Part shown: positions 9,530 to 18,462 of the stretch, piece after piece
How positions within the stretch are numbered: the stretch's first letter is position 1
Layout: each line of letters begins with the position of its first letter
From: Promethearchaeota archaeon
GTDB lineage: Archaea; Asgardarchaeota; Lokiarchaeia; Sigyniarchaeales; SOKP01
Length of the DNA: 57,600 nt
Assembly: GCA_013375475.1 (NCBI GenBank)
Contig: JABXKD010000009.1
Location: 1-57,600 of the forward strand
Direction of reading: 5' to 3'
The notes under the pieces: model-generated
The model's database searches: none
Told to the model about the DNA's origin: nothing
Seen by the model: only the letters and a program-made list of their open reading frames with translations
Made by a program: the position numbers and the translations under genes

Positions 9530-9787
9530 ATGTGTAATAATTGTAATTGTGAAGCATATGATCAATGTTCCATAGTAGGATACCTGCCTGTAGGATTCTG
9601 TTGTGTTAATTGTTATCTTTATAACGAGGCACACACTTGTTTAGAATCAAGGACAAAGGAAAAAGTGTCTAAAATTGAACCTGTGAGCGCTACAATTGAA
9701 GATGGAGTTTTAAAAGTCGTTATAAGAAAGGATGAGAAAGAGGTTCCATTAATCATTAATTTAAACAAACAATTAAGTTCTGAGTAA
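9530..9787 (+). CDS. Small Cys-rich protein (8 Cys in the first 37 aa) with an Hsp20/alpha-crystallin-like C-terminal motif
   Basis: GGAGTGA SD upstream; CxxCxC-x5-C...CCxxC...HxC; VSATIEDGVLKVVIRK resembles the Hsp20 A-x-x-x-(N/D)GVL motif; T6 tract after the stop. Confidence 0.75.
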   Translation: MCNNCNCEAYDQCSIVGYLPVGFCCVNCYLYNEAHTCLESRTKEKVSKIEPVSATIEDGVLKVVIRKDEKEVPLIINLNKQLSSE

Positions 9788-9821
9788 AAATTTTTTAATT
9801 AATTATTCAGTGAAGTCTAAA

Positions 9822-9929
9822 TATTCCGATAAAAAGTAAAAGGGTCAGTTCCCTGATATCTCCGTGAACGATGATTGGACATTGAGGTGAGTATTTTACG
9901 GACGAAGTCAGGGAGCTGGTATCGGAATA
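9822..9929 (+). ncRNA. Putative structured small RNA: long hairpin with an apical K-turn/K-loop-like motif
   Basis: Nested helices TATTCCGATA(9822-31)/TATCGGAATA(9920-29), CAGTTCCCTGA(9846-56)/TCAGGGAGCTG(9908-18), TCCGTGA(9861-67)/TTACGGA(9896-9902). The non-Watson-Crick positions are G-U on the + strand. Apical gAUGAU...UGA; GC-rich island in AT-rich intergenic DNA. Confidence 0.6.
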
Positions 9930-9969
9930 AATGTGAAAATTGAAAAAATAACCAAAAAAGAAAATTGAT

Positions 9970-10236
9970 TTACATATTAGCTAAATATTCGTTTAGCACG
10001 ATGTTTAACTCTACTTCTGAGTTTTGGATCTTCTTTACAAGTTGTCGAAGCCCAAACTCGTTTAACAATAAATCTATGAGATTTTTATAAATTGCTGTAA
10101 TATTATCTTTCCCTGCCTCATAATAAAAATCATCTTCTCTTAGGGAAAGATCTAAAATCTCATATAAACCTTTTACGGCGTCTTTTATATTCTCAAAATT
10201 CATTTCAGCTTTTTCTTTCGATCTAAAACTGTTCAT
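9970..10236 (-). CDS. Hypothetical 88-aa alpha-helical protein
   Basis: Strong GAGGTGA SD, TATA-like box upstream, oligo-T tracts after the stop; no family recognised. Confidence 0.75.
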   Translation of the reverse strand: MNSFRSKEKAEMNFENIKDAVKGLYEILDLSLREDDFYYEAGKDNITAIYKNLIDLLLNEFGLRQLVKKIQNSEVELNIVLNEYLANM

Positions 10237-10243
10237 AGTAACT

Positions 10244-10300
10244 TACTCACCTCAATAATATTATGTGAATTTTCATATATAAATATGACGGTTTTCGTCA
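10244..10300 (-). promoter_or_regulatory. Promoter/leader of the 88-aa gene: palindrome, TATA-like box and SD
   Basis: TGACG-GTTTT-CGTCA (10286-10300); minus-strand TTTATATAT (10283-10275); ATTGAGGTGAGTA (10256-10244) 7 nt before the ATG. Confidence 0.55.
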
Positions 10301-10620
10301 CGGACATAAAGGTTTCATATCTATAATATGAGTCATAACTGACACGAGAAGTAAAGAATTAGTCGCCCAACGACGATAGTAATGATATACAATTTTTGAA
10401 AGTAGTCACGGAATAATATGTTAAACTACATAATACTTAATAAAGAGAAACGACCATGTGTGTAGGGATCATTCAAATAATATTAGCTTTTGATCAAAAA
10501 CAGAATTAAAAACAGAGTTAATGATGAATAGGATACTTCTACTTATGAAATGTTGTATTTTAAAAGAAAAGAATCAAAATAATTTTTTTTTACAAAAGAA
10601 AAAAAAATACTAATTTTATT

Positions 10621-12102
10621 TTAGTCGTGAATAGGGCGCCCCTTCTTATGGATTGCTTTACCTATGACAGACTCAGAACCTTCTAACACCATCTCAGATA
10701 TTGTAGGATGACTATGGATTGTCTCTGCGACATCATGGATTGTTAATCCATGTTGCATAGCTAGAGCAATTTCAGATATTAATTCGGGTGCTTCAGCTCC
10801 AATACAAGAAGCTCCAATGATTTTATATGTGTTTTTATCGGCAAGTACCATAATAAAACCTTCTTCTTCACCCATACACTTAGCTTTACCAAGTGATTCA
10901 TAAGGAAATTGACCCATCAAGACATTAATTCCCATATCTTTAGCAACTTTTCTTCTATAGCCTACAGATCCTATATTTGGGGATGTGAAAATTGTTGCTG
11001 GAATTACAGCGTAATCAGGTTTCATTTCATTAACAGGAAAGCCTCCAATACTGGCTAAAGCATTTGCAACTGCGATATCACCCTCATAACTGGCTACATG
11101 AGCAAGCATAAGTCCTCCTGTGACATCTCCGATTGCATAAATTCCTTTCAAAGAAGTCTCTAATGTATTTTTATTGACTTTTATAGCATCCCGGTCAGTT
11201 TCTATACCAAGTGTTTTTAATCCAAGATCTTTTGATTTTTTTATGCGTCCAATGGATACTAGACATAAATCAGCTTCATAGATAGATTTTTCAGCAGAAT
11301 TTATTTGATCTCGTGAAATGGATGCATTACAGGTTGTCGCTTTTACTCCAGAACCCGTGTTTTCTACAGATAGTACATTTTGCGAAGTATAGAGTTCAAT
11401 TCCCAATTCATCAAACTTTTTTATTAAAACCTTTACAATCATAGGTTCTTCTGTAGCAATTGCGGAGGGAAGATACTCAAGTATGGTTACTTTACTACCA
11501 AACATTGTAAAAATATTAGCAAATTCACAGCCAATAACACCTGCGCCAATAATTAAAAGTCTCTTAGGTATAGTTTTAAAATCAGGATGTAAAATATCAT
11601 CACTTGTTAAAATCCGTTCATGATCGATATTAAATGCAGGAATTAGAGCAGGTGAGGAGCCTGTTGCGATAATTGCTCTTTTTGCTTTAATTACTGCATT
11701 ATTTTCGCCTTCAACCGAGACTTCAAATCCATTATTAATATCTCCCCTTATAATTTTACCGTGACCTTTATACACATCATTTTTCCAAGCTTTCTCTAAT
11801 TGCTCAATTCCACCAACTAATTGTTCTACTACTTTATTTTTTCTTTCGACAGCTTTAGCAAAATCTAATTTATAATCAGATATTTCTATTCCGAATTCAT
11901 GAGCTTCTTTAATTTTCTCAATTAAATGGGAAGACGCGTATAAAGCTTTTGTAGGGATACAACCCCAGTTAAGACAGGTACCTCCCAATTTGTCTTTTTC
12001 AATTAAAGCGACTTTTGCTCCATATTGAGCCGCCCTAATAGCCGCATGATAACCTCCTGGTCCTCCTCCAATAATCGCTAAATCATATTTATTTTCACTC
12101 AT
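10621..12102 (-). CDS. lpdA: Dihydrolipoamide dehydrogenase (E3 / glycine-cleavage L protein)
   Basis: GGGPGGY, GGTCLNWGCIP redox disulfide, GAGVIGCE, IYAIGD, HSHPTISE. Confidence 0.95.
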   Translation of the reverse strand: MSENKYDLAIIGGGPGGYHAAIRAAQYGAKVALIEKDKLGGTCLNWGCIPTKALYASSHLIEKIKEAHEFGIEISDYKLDFAKAVERKNKVVEQLVGGIEQLEKAWKNDVYKGHGKIIRGDINNGFEVSVEGENNAVIKAKRAIIATGSSPALIPAFNIDHERILTSDDILHPDFKTIPKRLLIIGAGVIGCEFANIFTMFGSKVTILEYLPSAIATEEPMIVKVLIKKFDELGIELYTSQNVLSVENTGSGVKATTCNASISRDQINSAEKSIYEADLCLVSIGRIKKSKDLGLKTLGIETDRDAIKVNKNTLETSLKGIYAIGDVTGGLMLAHVASYEGDIAVANALASIGGFPVNEMKPDYAVIPATIFTSPNIGSVGYRRKVAKDMGINVLMGQFPYESLGKAKCMGEEEGFIMVLADKNTYKIIGASCIGAEAPELISEIALAMQHGLTIHDVAETIHSHPTISEMVLEGSESVIGKAIHKKGRPIHD

Positions 12103-12420
12103 TTTATAATCAATTATAATTGTATTTTATTTTTCAAATTAAATCCAATGTATAGAATTAAATTCTTCTATGTTTAAAAATATTAAATAAAGATATTAAT
12201 CTTTTTTTAAAATTAGATCATTTAAATACTAATTTCGATCATTAATTTATTAACTATCCAATAATAACTCTAAATTTTAACTTTAGAAAAATAGATAAAA
12301 TAGATAATTTTTAATCTTCTCATCAATAGCAATGAATTAATAAATGAAACATCATATTCTAAAACTAGAAGCAGATTAACTTCTGAATTTTATATCTCGA
12401 ATTTTTACGATTTGATCAAA

Positions 12421-12840
12421 ATGGATTTAATTGATCTTAGAATTTTGGACCTACTTAAAGAAAACAGTAGAATGTCTTATAATGAAATTTCTAAAAATGT
12501 GCAGAAAACAGAAGCAACAGTTAGAAGACGGGTGAAAAAACTTGTTGATGAGGGCATAATAAAGAAATTTACTATTGATTATGAAATTGATTCAAAGCAA
12601 AAACTTAATGCAACCATTAAAATTGAACCTGATTTTAAGGATATCAAAAGGATATTGAAAGAATTAACTAATATTAAGGAAATTTCAGGTTTATGGCGGT
12701 TATCAGGTGATTGTGGTTTATTTTTAAAAGTTGATGTCGATTCAATCGAGCAATTTAATCCGTTAATAGAGGAAAAAATATCACCAATAACGGGAATTAA
12801 GATAATTGAAACTTGTTTTATAACCGATATCATTAAGTAA
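12421..12840 (+). CDS. Lrp/AsnC family transcriptional regulator (copy 1)
   Basis: MDLIDLRILDLLKENSRMSY..EATVRRRVKKL HTH plus RAM domain; ATG 12421 preferred over TTG 12412. Confidence 0.9.
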   Translation: MDLIDLRILDLLKENSRMSYNEISKNVQKTEATVRRRVKKLVDEGIIKKFTIDYEIDSKQKLNATIKIEPDFKDIKRILKELTNIKEISGLWRLSGDCGLFLKVDVDSIEQFNPLIEEKISPITGIKIIETCFITDIIK

Positions 12841-13523
12841 GTTTATTTTATTCTTCCCTTACTTTCAATGAATTATGTTTTCAGATAATAGTTATATTAA
12901 CTAAAATGAAGTCCATCTCTTTTCAGTGTAATTAATCTCAATAAGTTTTTGTTAAGATTAAATAAAGCCGATATAATATCCTAAAAGAACTAAATCAATA
13001 AAAAAAAGATTGTTCACCTTCGAAAAATGTAAAAATTACAATATATTGACTATTCAATGATAGAAATTTAAAAAATGTCTATTTCGAGCGACTTTTTTAA
13101 TACTTTTCAAGCTCTTTTTTGGTCTGCTCTTCATTAAGAAGGAGTTTAATAGTCCTAAACCGTGGATAGAGTATCATTTTTGTTAGAAATTATAACAGAG
13201 CTGACTTAGATTTAGAACTATTTCACAATATTAATGGTTCAGTATTATTAATAGATTTATATCAGCGAAAAATAACTTTTTCATCAAAAGTGATTATTGC
13301 AAGTCGAAAAAAGAAAATAATATATTTTGTCAAAACGAATTTCTTGCAATTTAAAACATATTCAATTAATGAATATACAAGTGTATTAATTCACAACAAT
13401 GTGTAAAGTTTCGATAAAACAATTTTTAAAATTCGTAATTTATTTAAATTATTTTTATATATTTGATCATAAGAATTTGATATTATATTAAAAAAATAAA
13501 ATTAAGTTATAGAGTCTATTAGT

Positions 13524-13952
13524 ATGAGGACTGTAGATCCAGTAGATCTTAAGATTTTAGAGGAATTAAAGAAAGATGGTAGGAAGTCATTTAACGAAAT
13601 TAGTGACATTATTGAAAAAACAGAAGCAACAGTCAGAAGAAGAGTATCCAAAATGCAGGAGGAAGGGACTATAAAGCGTTTTACTATAGAATATGAGCTT
13701 GATACAAAACCAAAAACATCGGCGACGATAAAAGTTGAGCCAGATTTCAAAGAAATTAAACGAATCCTCTTTGAATTAAAGAAAATAGACGAAATTACGG
13801 CCATTTGGAGATTATCTGGAGAGTGTGGAATTTTTATGAAAGTGGATATCGAATCAATCGAGCAATTCAATCCCCTCATTGAAGATAAAATCTCACAGAT
13901 AGCAGGAATAAAAATCGTAGAAACTTGTTTTATTACCGATATCATTAAATAA
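13524..13952 (+). CDS. Lrp/AsnC family transcriptional regulator (copy 2)
   Basis: DPVDLKILEELKKDGRKSF..EATVRRRV; about two-thirds identical to copy 1 by manual alignment. Confidence 0.9.
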   Translation: MRTVDPVDLKILEELKKDGRKSFNEISDIIEKTEATVRRRVSKMQEEGTIKRFTIEYELDTKPKTSATIKVEPDFKEIKRILFELKKIDEITAIWRLSGECGIFMKVDIESIEQFNPLIEDKISQIAGIKIVETCFITDIIK

Positions 13953-14166
13953 TATAAGTTTCTTCAGAAAAACTTTTCTTCTTCCGACGTATAAAAGTAT
14001 TATTAGAACTATACTGGATTAAAATCAAAGGAATTTATTATAATCGACCAGAATAAGAAAGAAATTAAAAATTTCTCGCACTCAGCTTTTTTTAATTATT
14101 CTGGGATAATATAACGGACATAAGAAATGTGTACTTTTCTTTAATAGTGATAAAAAGTTGGTATAA

Positions 14167-14343
14167 ATGATGATTACAGAATCAAATTTTAACCTTGAAA
14201 GGAATATTTTGTCGTGCCCTTTCACATATAAATGTGTCCTTCCTAAGATTGAAACCTTATGCAGATTTCCCGAATATAAAATTTGTCCAGATTACGACTC
14301 GAAATTAAGAAGATTGAAAGCTTCTATAAAAGTATTGCACTAA
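14167..14343 (+). CDS. 58-aa four-Cys microprotein (putative metal-binding), below the ORF-track cutoff
   Basis: Manual translation MMITESNFNLERNILSCPFTYKCVLPKIETLCRFPEYKICPDYDSKLRRLKASIKVLH*; stops 45 bp before the convergent GMP synthase gene. Confidence 0.65.
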   Translation: MMITESNFNLERNILSCPFTYKCVLPKIETLCRFPEYKICPDYDSKLRRLKASIKVLH

Positions 14344-14388
14344 ATGCCTTTTCATTTCTTATTCTACAATATTAAATATGAAAATATT

Positions 14389-15576
14389 TTAAATGTATTC
14401 AATTGTAGCTGGAGGTTTCGGTGTAATATCAAAATATATATCTTTAGTGTCTGGGAACTCTAACAGCTTATATTTTAATTCTTCAATTAAATCTATCGGT
14501 AAGTTTGTAACACTTGCCGTTCTTGCATCTATGCTATTTATCGAACGAATTATTACATCATATAATCCTTCCTGGCTTTCATGAAGCTCGTAAAGAATTC
14601 TTGCGTATCCCTTTACTTGAGAAGAAAAGTGTACTAGTTTTTCAAAATCCCATTCACCCTTAATCGATAATGGAACTTCGTAAGTTCTTTGACCATTAAT
14701 AATACCCGTTACTTTTCTTAATAAAACATCCGTAGTTGTCGCAGCAAATGCTTGAAATGGTTCTTGTTCTCCTTTTTCGTTAATAATCATTGGTTTTCCA
14801 TACTTTTCCAAGTAATAATCGCTAATAGCAGATTCTACAACATCATGGACTCTTTTCTCAAAATTTAAATTTTCTAATGTCACTGGACCAATAATCCTCG
14901 CTGAAAGCGCAGGTCCCGGAAAAGCTTTCCTAAATACTAATTCATTAGGCATGTTGAAGTATTCAAGCGTTTTTCTAACTTCTGGTTTAGTAAGACTAGC
15001 AACTGGTTGGATTGTAGCTTCTACATCGTATTCAATCTCTAAATTATGCTGGCTTTTAACGAAACCTTGAGGATTTTTAGCTTTTAGTGAAAGCTCTTCT
15101 TCCAATGACATAGTTTCTTTCAGATCTGAGATTTTTGCCCCAAAACTCTCTTCGATATCTGGTAGAATGGTACCATCAGCTAACAAATGGCAATTTTCTT
15201 GTTTTATTACTCTACTTATGGTATCGGAGTACGCGTCCTTGAATAATTTTCTTTTACTTTCAGCATCTTCCTCTCCTAATATTTTAGGCAGAAATGAATC
15301 TCTAATATCTATAATTAAAACATCAGGAAATAATTTTTTAACATGTTCGCTTTCTTCTTTTCCTCTAATTATTCGCATAAGTCCGTGATCTATAAAAACG
15401 GGAATGGTTTCGATCTTAGCTTCTTTGAGCAGGAGATAGGTTGCCGAACTATCGACCCCACCAGAAAGCGCGCAGAATACTTTTTTATTTTTCGCGTGTT
15501 TTTGTAAAAATTGAACTGCTTTTTTGACAAATTTTTCGGGTTCACGAGGTGGATCTATTAACCTATGATTAAGCAT
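14389..15576 (-). CDS. guaAB: GMP synthase, ATP-pyrophosphatase (B) subunit, long form
   Basis: ALSGGVDSS PP-loop, IDHGLMR, KSQHN, FPGPALSAR, DITPKPPATIEY; no glutaminase domain. Confidence 0.85.
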   Translation of the reverse strand: MLNHRLIDPPREPEKFVKKAVQFLQKHAKNKKVFCALSGGVDSSATYLLLKEAKIETIPVFIDHGLMRIIRGKEESEHVKKLFPDVLIIDIRDSFLPKILGEEDAESKRKLFKDAYSDTISRVIKQENCHLLADGTILPDIEESFGAKISDLKETMSLEEELSLKAKNPQGFVKSQHNLEIEYDVEATIQPVASLTKPEVRKTLEYFNMPNELVFRKAFPGPALSARIIGPVTLENLNFEKRVHDVVESAISDYYLEKYGKPMIINEKGEQEPFQAFAATTTDVLLRKVTGIINGQRTYEVPLSIKGEWDFEKLVHFSSQVKGYARILYELHESQEGLYDVIIRSINSIDARTASVTNLPIDLIEELKYKLLEFPDTKDIYFDITPKPPATIEYI

Positions 15577-15709
15577 AAAATAATTTAAGTTAGTTCATAA
15601 AAAAAGTATAATTATTAATTGGTTATGATTCGCCTAATTTTTTATACAAGTTTTAAGATTTTTTAATTACTTTTACGATTTTTTCGTCTCTGAAAGAGGA
15701 TAATAAGAG

Positions 15710-15979
15710 GTGTTAAATATGGAAGAAGAAATCTCTCCAGAATTAAGACATAAAATTGATAATGCAGTCGAAAAAGTTTTTGTGTTATTTATTGATAAAG
15801 CTTCTAAAGGTGGCTCGTTAGAGGAGCTCTTAAAAACCTTAATTACTGAGAAAATAAATGGCAAACTTGGTGCTAGAATGAATAGGTTCGTTGTAAAGAA
15901 AGCCGCTAAAAAGGTTATAAGAAAAACTGTTGATCGTGTCTGGGATAGACATAGAAATAAACTGATATTAAAACTCTAA
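15710..15979 (+). CDS. Hypothetical basic protein
   Basis: 89-aa ORF filling the gap; GAGGTG SD suggests a start at ATG 15719; no family recognised. Confidence 0.65.
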   Translation: MLNMEEEISPELRHKIDNAVEKVFVLFIDKASKGGSLEELLKTLITEKINGKLGARMNRFVVKKAAKKVIRKTVDRVWDRHRNKLILKL

Positions 15980-16001
15980 TCTCTCAACTAGTTAAATAAA
16001 T

Positions 16002-16487
16002 TTAAATAGAAAATATTGATCTTTTGTTTTTTTCATCATACTTCTGATGATATTCTTCAGCTCTATAGTATTCTGAAACTGGAATTATTTCTGTAACTAT
16101 TGGTTTATTATATTTCCCAGATTTATCTAAGTCTTCCTTTAACTTTAGCGCTGCTAATCGCTGTTCTTCACTATTGTAAAAAACTGCAGACCTGTATTGC
16201 GTTCCTACGTCCCATCCTTGACGATTGAGTGAAGTAGGATTATGTAAATTCCAAAAAATTTCTAAAAGTTCTTCATAAGATACAATTGAAGGGTCAAACG
16301 TGACTTTAACAACTTCAGCATGCCCAGTTTTATTAGTACACACATCTTTATAAGAGGGATTCTTCGTGGTGCCACCAGTATAACCAACCTCAGTTTCTAC
16401 TACTCCTTTTACTTTCCCAAATCTAGACTCTACTCCCCAGAAACATCCTGCCCCAAATATAGCTATTTCTAATTTTTTTTGTTCCAT
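16002..16487 (-). CDS. msrA: Peptide-methionine (S)-S-oxide reductase
   Basis: GAGCFWGVE, GHAEVV, GTQYRS, AEEYHQKY. Confidence 0.96.
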   Translation of the reverse strand: MEQKKLEIAIFGAGCFWGVESRFGKVKGVVETEVGYTGGTTKNPSYKDVCTNKTGHAEVVKVTFDPSIVSYEELLEIFWNLHNPTSLNRQGWDVGTQYRSAVFYNSEEQRLAALKLKEDLDKSGKYNKPIVTEIIPVSEYYRAEEYHQKYDEKNKRSIFSI

Positions 16488-16634
16488 AAGTAATAAAATG
16501 ATACTAACTTAGGTTAAAAAAAATATTGATAATTCTTTATAAAAGAAATAGAATAAAAGCAAATAATTCTAATAGAAATACTGGTATACTTGAATAAATA
16601 ATAATAGAAAATAATACAAAGCAACTCTAAGGAA

Positions 16635-18275
16635 TCACTTTTTTAATGCTTCCAAATCTTTTAATTCTCGATGTAACACTTTTCCAACAACTGTCTTTGG
16701 AATTTCATCAATAAATTCTACAAAGCGTGGATACTTATCAAATGCCATGTTATTTTTTGCCCAATCGATGATATCTTGTTCATTGATTTCTTTTCCTTTA
16801 TAATCTTCTTTAAGTACAACATAAGCTTTGATATTTTCCTTTCCTTCGTCATCTATGATTCCTATAACGCCACATTCCTGAATTGCTTCATGGTAATACA
16901 AAAGATCTTCGACCTCAGTAGGATAAACGGAATGCCCCTTATACTTGATTAAATTCTTTAGTCTGTCTTTAATGAGAAAATAACCATCTTCATCCATTAG
17001 CGCTAGATCCCCCGTCCACAACCAGCCATCCTTGATTGTGTTTTTAGTTTCCTCATCCCGTTTATAATAACCTTTCATCATCTGCGGCCCTCTTGTTACA
17101 ATTTCTCCAACTTCTCCAATCCCAAGTGTATTGCCGTTAGGATCGCAAATTTTTACATCTGTATTCGGAAACGGCATGCCAATTGTACCTGGTTTGAAAT
17201 TAGCTTCAAAAGGGTTTGCCGTAACGGCTGGGGACATCTCGGTTAACCCATACGCTTCTCGAAGCTTGGATCCAGTAAGGCCTTCGAATGTTTTTCTTAC
17301 ATCGTCGGGAAGGGGGCCCGCCGAACTTAAACAATATTTAATGCTTGATAAGTTGTGATTTTGGATTCCTTCGTAAATATTTAGATTATTATAAATAGCA
17401 GCTACTCCAGGAAATACAGTAACTTTAGTTGCTTCGATGACTTCGATGACTTCGTGAGCTTCCCGAGGATTAAACACACATGCTAGTTTCCATCCATTAT
17501 GTACGCACATGTTCATCATAAAACCCATGTATATGTGATAAAATGGTAACGCAGCTAATAATACTTCTTTACCTAATTCCTTTTCAACAAACCATGATTC
17601 AGCTTGAAAAATATTAGCAGCAATACTTCCGTGGGTTAACATAGCTCCCTTAGGGAATCCTGTTGTTCCACCCGTATATTGCAATTGAGCTAAATCGTCT
17701 TGAGTGATTTCTACTTCCGGTGGATTTGGTATTGTTTCCCGTATTAGATCTTCCATCATAGGATCACCTCCTATGGAAAATTCAGGAGGTGCCATAGGAT
17801 CAGGTGATAAAAAAGGCGATAAGTTGCTATAAAACTTGTGTTTTACACCAGTTTCGCCTATAATCGGATCAACTAATCCAGAAAAACCTTCCCAACCGAT
17901 ATAACTTATTGCGTCACTGTCGTTGAGTTGCCGCTTAATCTCAAGTTTTTTAAATAATGGCGAGATTGGAGTGACAATTCCACCAATCTTCAAAATACCG
18001 TAATAATAAGCAATAAAAGCGGGATTATTAGTAAATTGGATTGCTATACAATCACCTTTCTTTATACCAAGTTCGGTTAATTTTGTTGCTACACGATAGA
18101 CAATATCAAGTAACATAGAATAGGTGAGTTCGAACCCCATGAAATATGTTACTACATTATTAGGATAAATTTTTGCAGAATCTTCAAGAAAATCAATTAA
18201 AGTCTTATTTGGAATTTGAATTTCTTTTGGAACTCCCTTTGGCCAATATTTGTAGTAAATTTTTTGATCTGACAT
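16635..18275 (-). CDS. Long-chain fatty acid--CoA ligase (AMP-binding family)
   Basis: YTGGTTGFPKG, YGLTE, WTGDLA, PKTVVGKVL. Confidence 0.92.
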   Translation of the reverse strand: MSDQKIYYKYWPKGVPKEIQIPNKTLIDFLEDSAKIYPNNVVTYFMGFELTYSMLLDIVYRVATKLTELGIKKGDCIAIQFTNNPAFIAYYYGILKIGGIVTPISPLFKKLEIKRQLNDSDAISYIGWEGFSGLVDPIIGETGVKHKFYSNLSPFLSPDPMAPPEFSIGGDPMMEDLIRETIPNPPEVEITQDDLAQLQYTGGTTGFPKGAMLTHGSIAANIFQAESWFVEKELGKEVLLAALPFYHIYMGFMMNMCVHNGWKLACVFNPREAHEVIEVIEATKVTVFPGVAAIYNNLNIYEGIQNHNLSSIKYCLSSAGPLPDDVRKTFEGLTGSKLREAYGLTEMSPAVTANPFEANFKPGTIGMPFPNTDVKICDPNGNTLGIGEVGEIVTRGPQMMKGYYKRDEETKNTIKDGWLWTGDLALMDEDGYFLIKDRLKNLIKYKGHSVYPTEVEDLLYYHEAIQECGVIGIIDDEGKENIKAYVVLKEDYKGKEINEQDIIDWAKNNMAFDKYPRFVEFIDEIPKTVVGKVLHRELKDLEALKK

Positions 18276-18462
18276 AATTTTACTTTTATCCTAAATGTTA
18301 TTTATTATTTTTCTTCTGAATTGATGCTTTATGAAATTGAAGTTTAATTGTTCTAGATATTAGACGATTTTTTTATAAGTAAGTTAAAAATAGAATTAAA
18401 TATAATAAAAATATTAATTTTAAAGTAAGAAATTAAAATTAATTTACCATTATAAAAAAAAG

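Noticed and set aside
9822-9929. SECIS, tRNA, H/ACA or canonical C/D identity for the hairpin
   Set aside because: The AUGA/GA core encloses only ~12 nt, too short for SECIS helix II, and the flanking genes lack in-frame TGA. There is no cloverleaf, no symmetric pocket with an ACA box, and no full C-D'-C'-D set.
12579-13945. Similar antisense ORFs (84 aa and 147 aa) opposite both Lrp genes
   Set aside because: Their similarity follows from the duplication of the sense genes; they are shadow ORFs.
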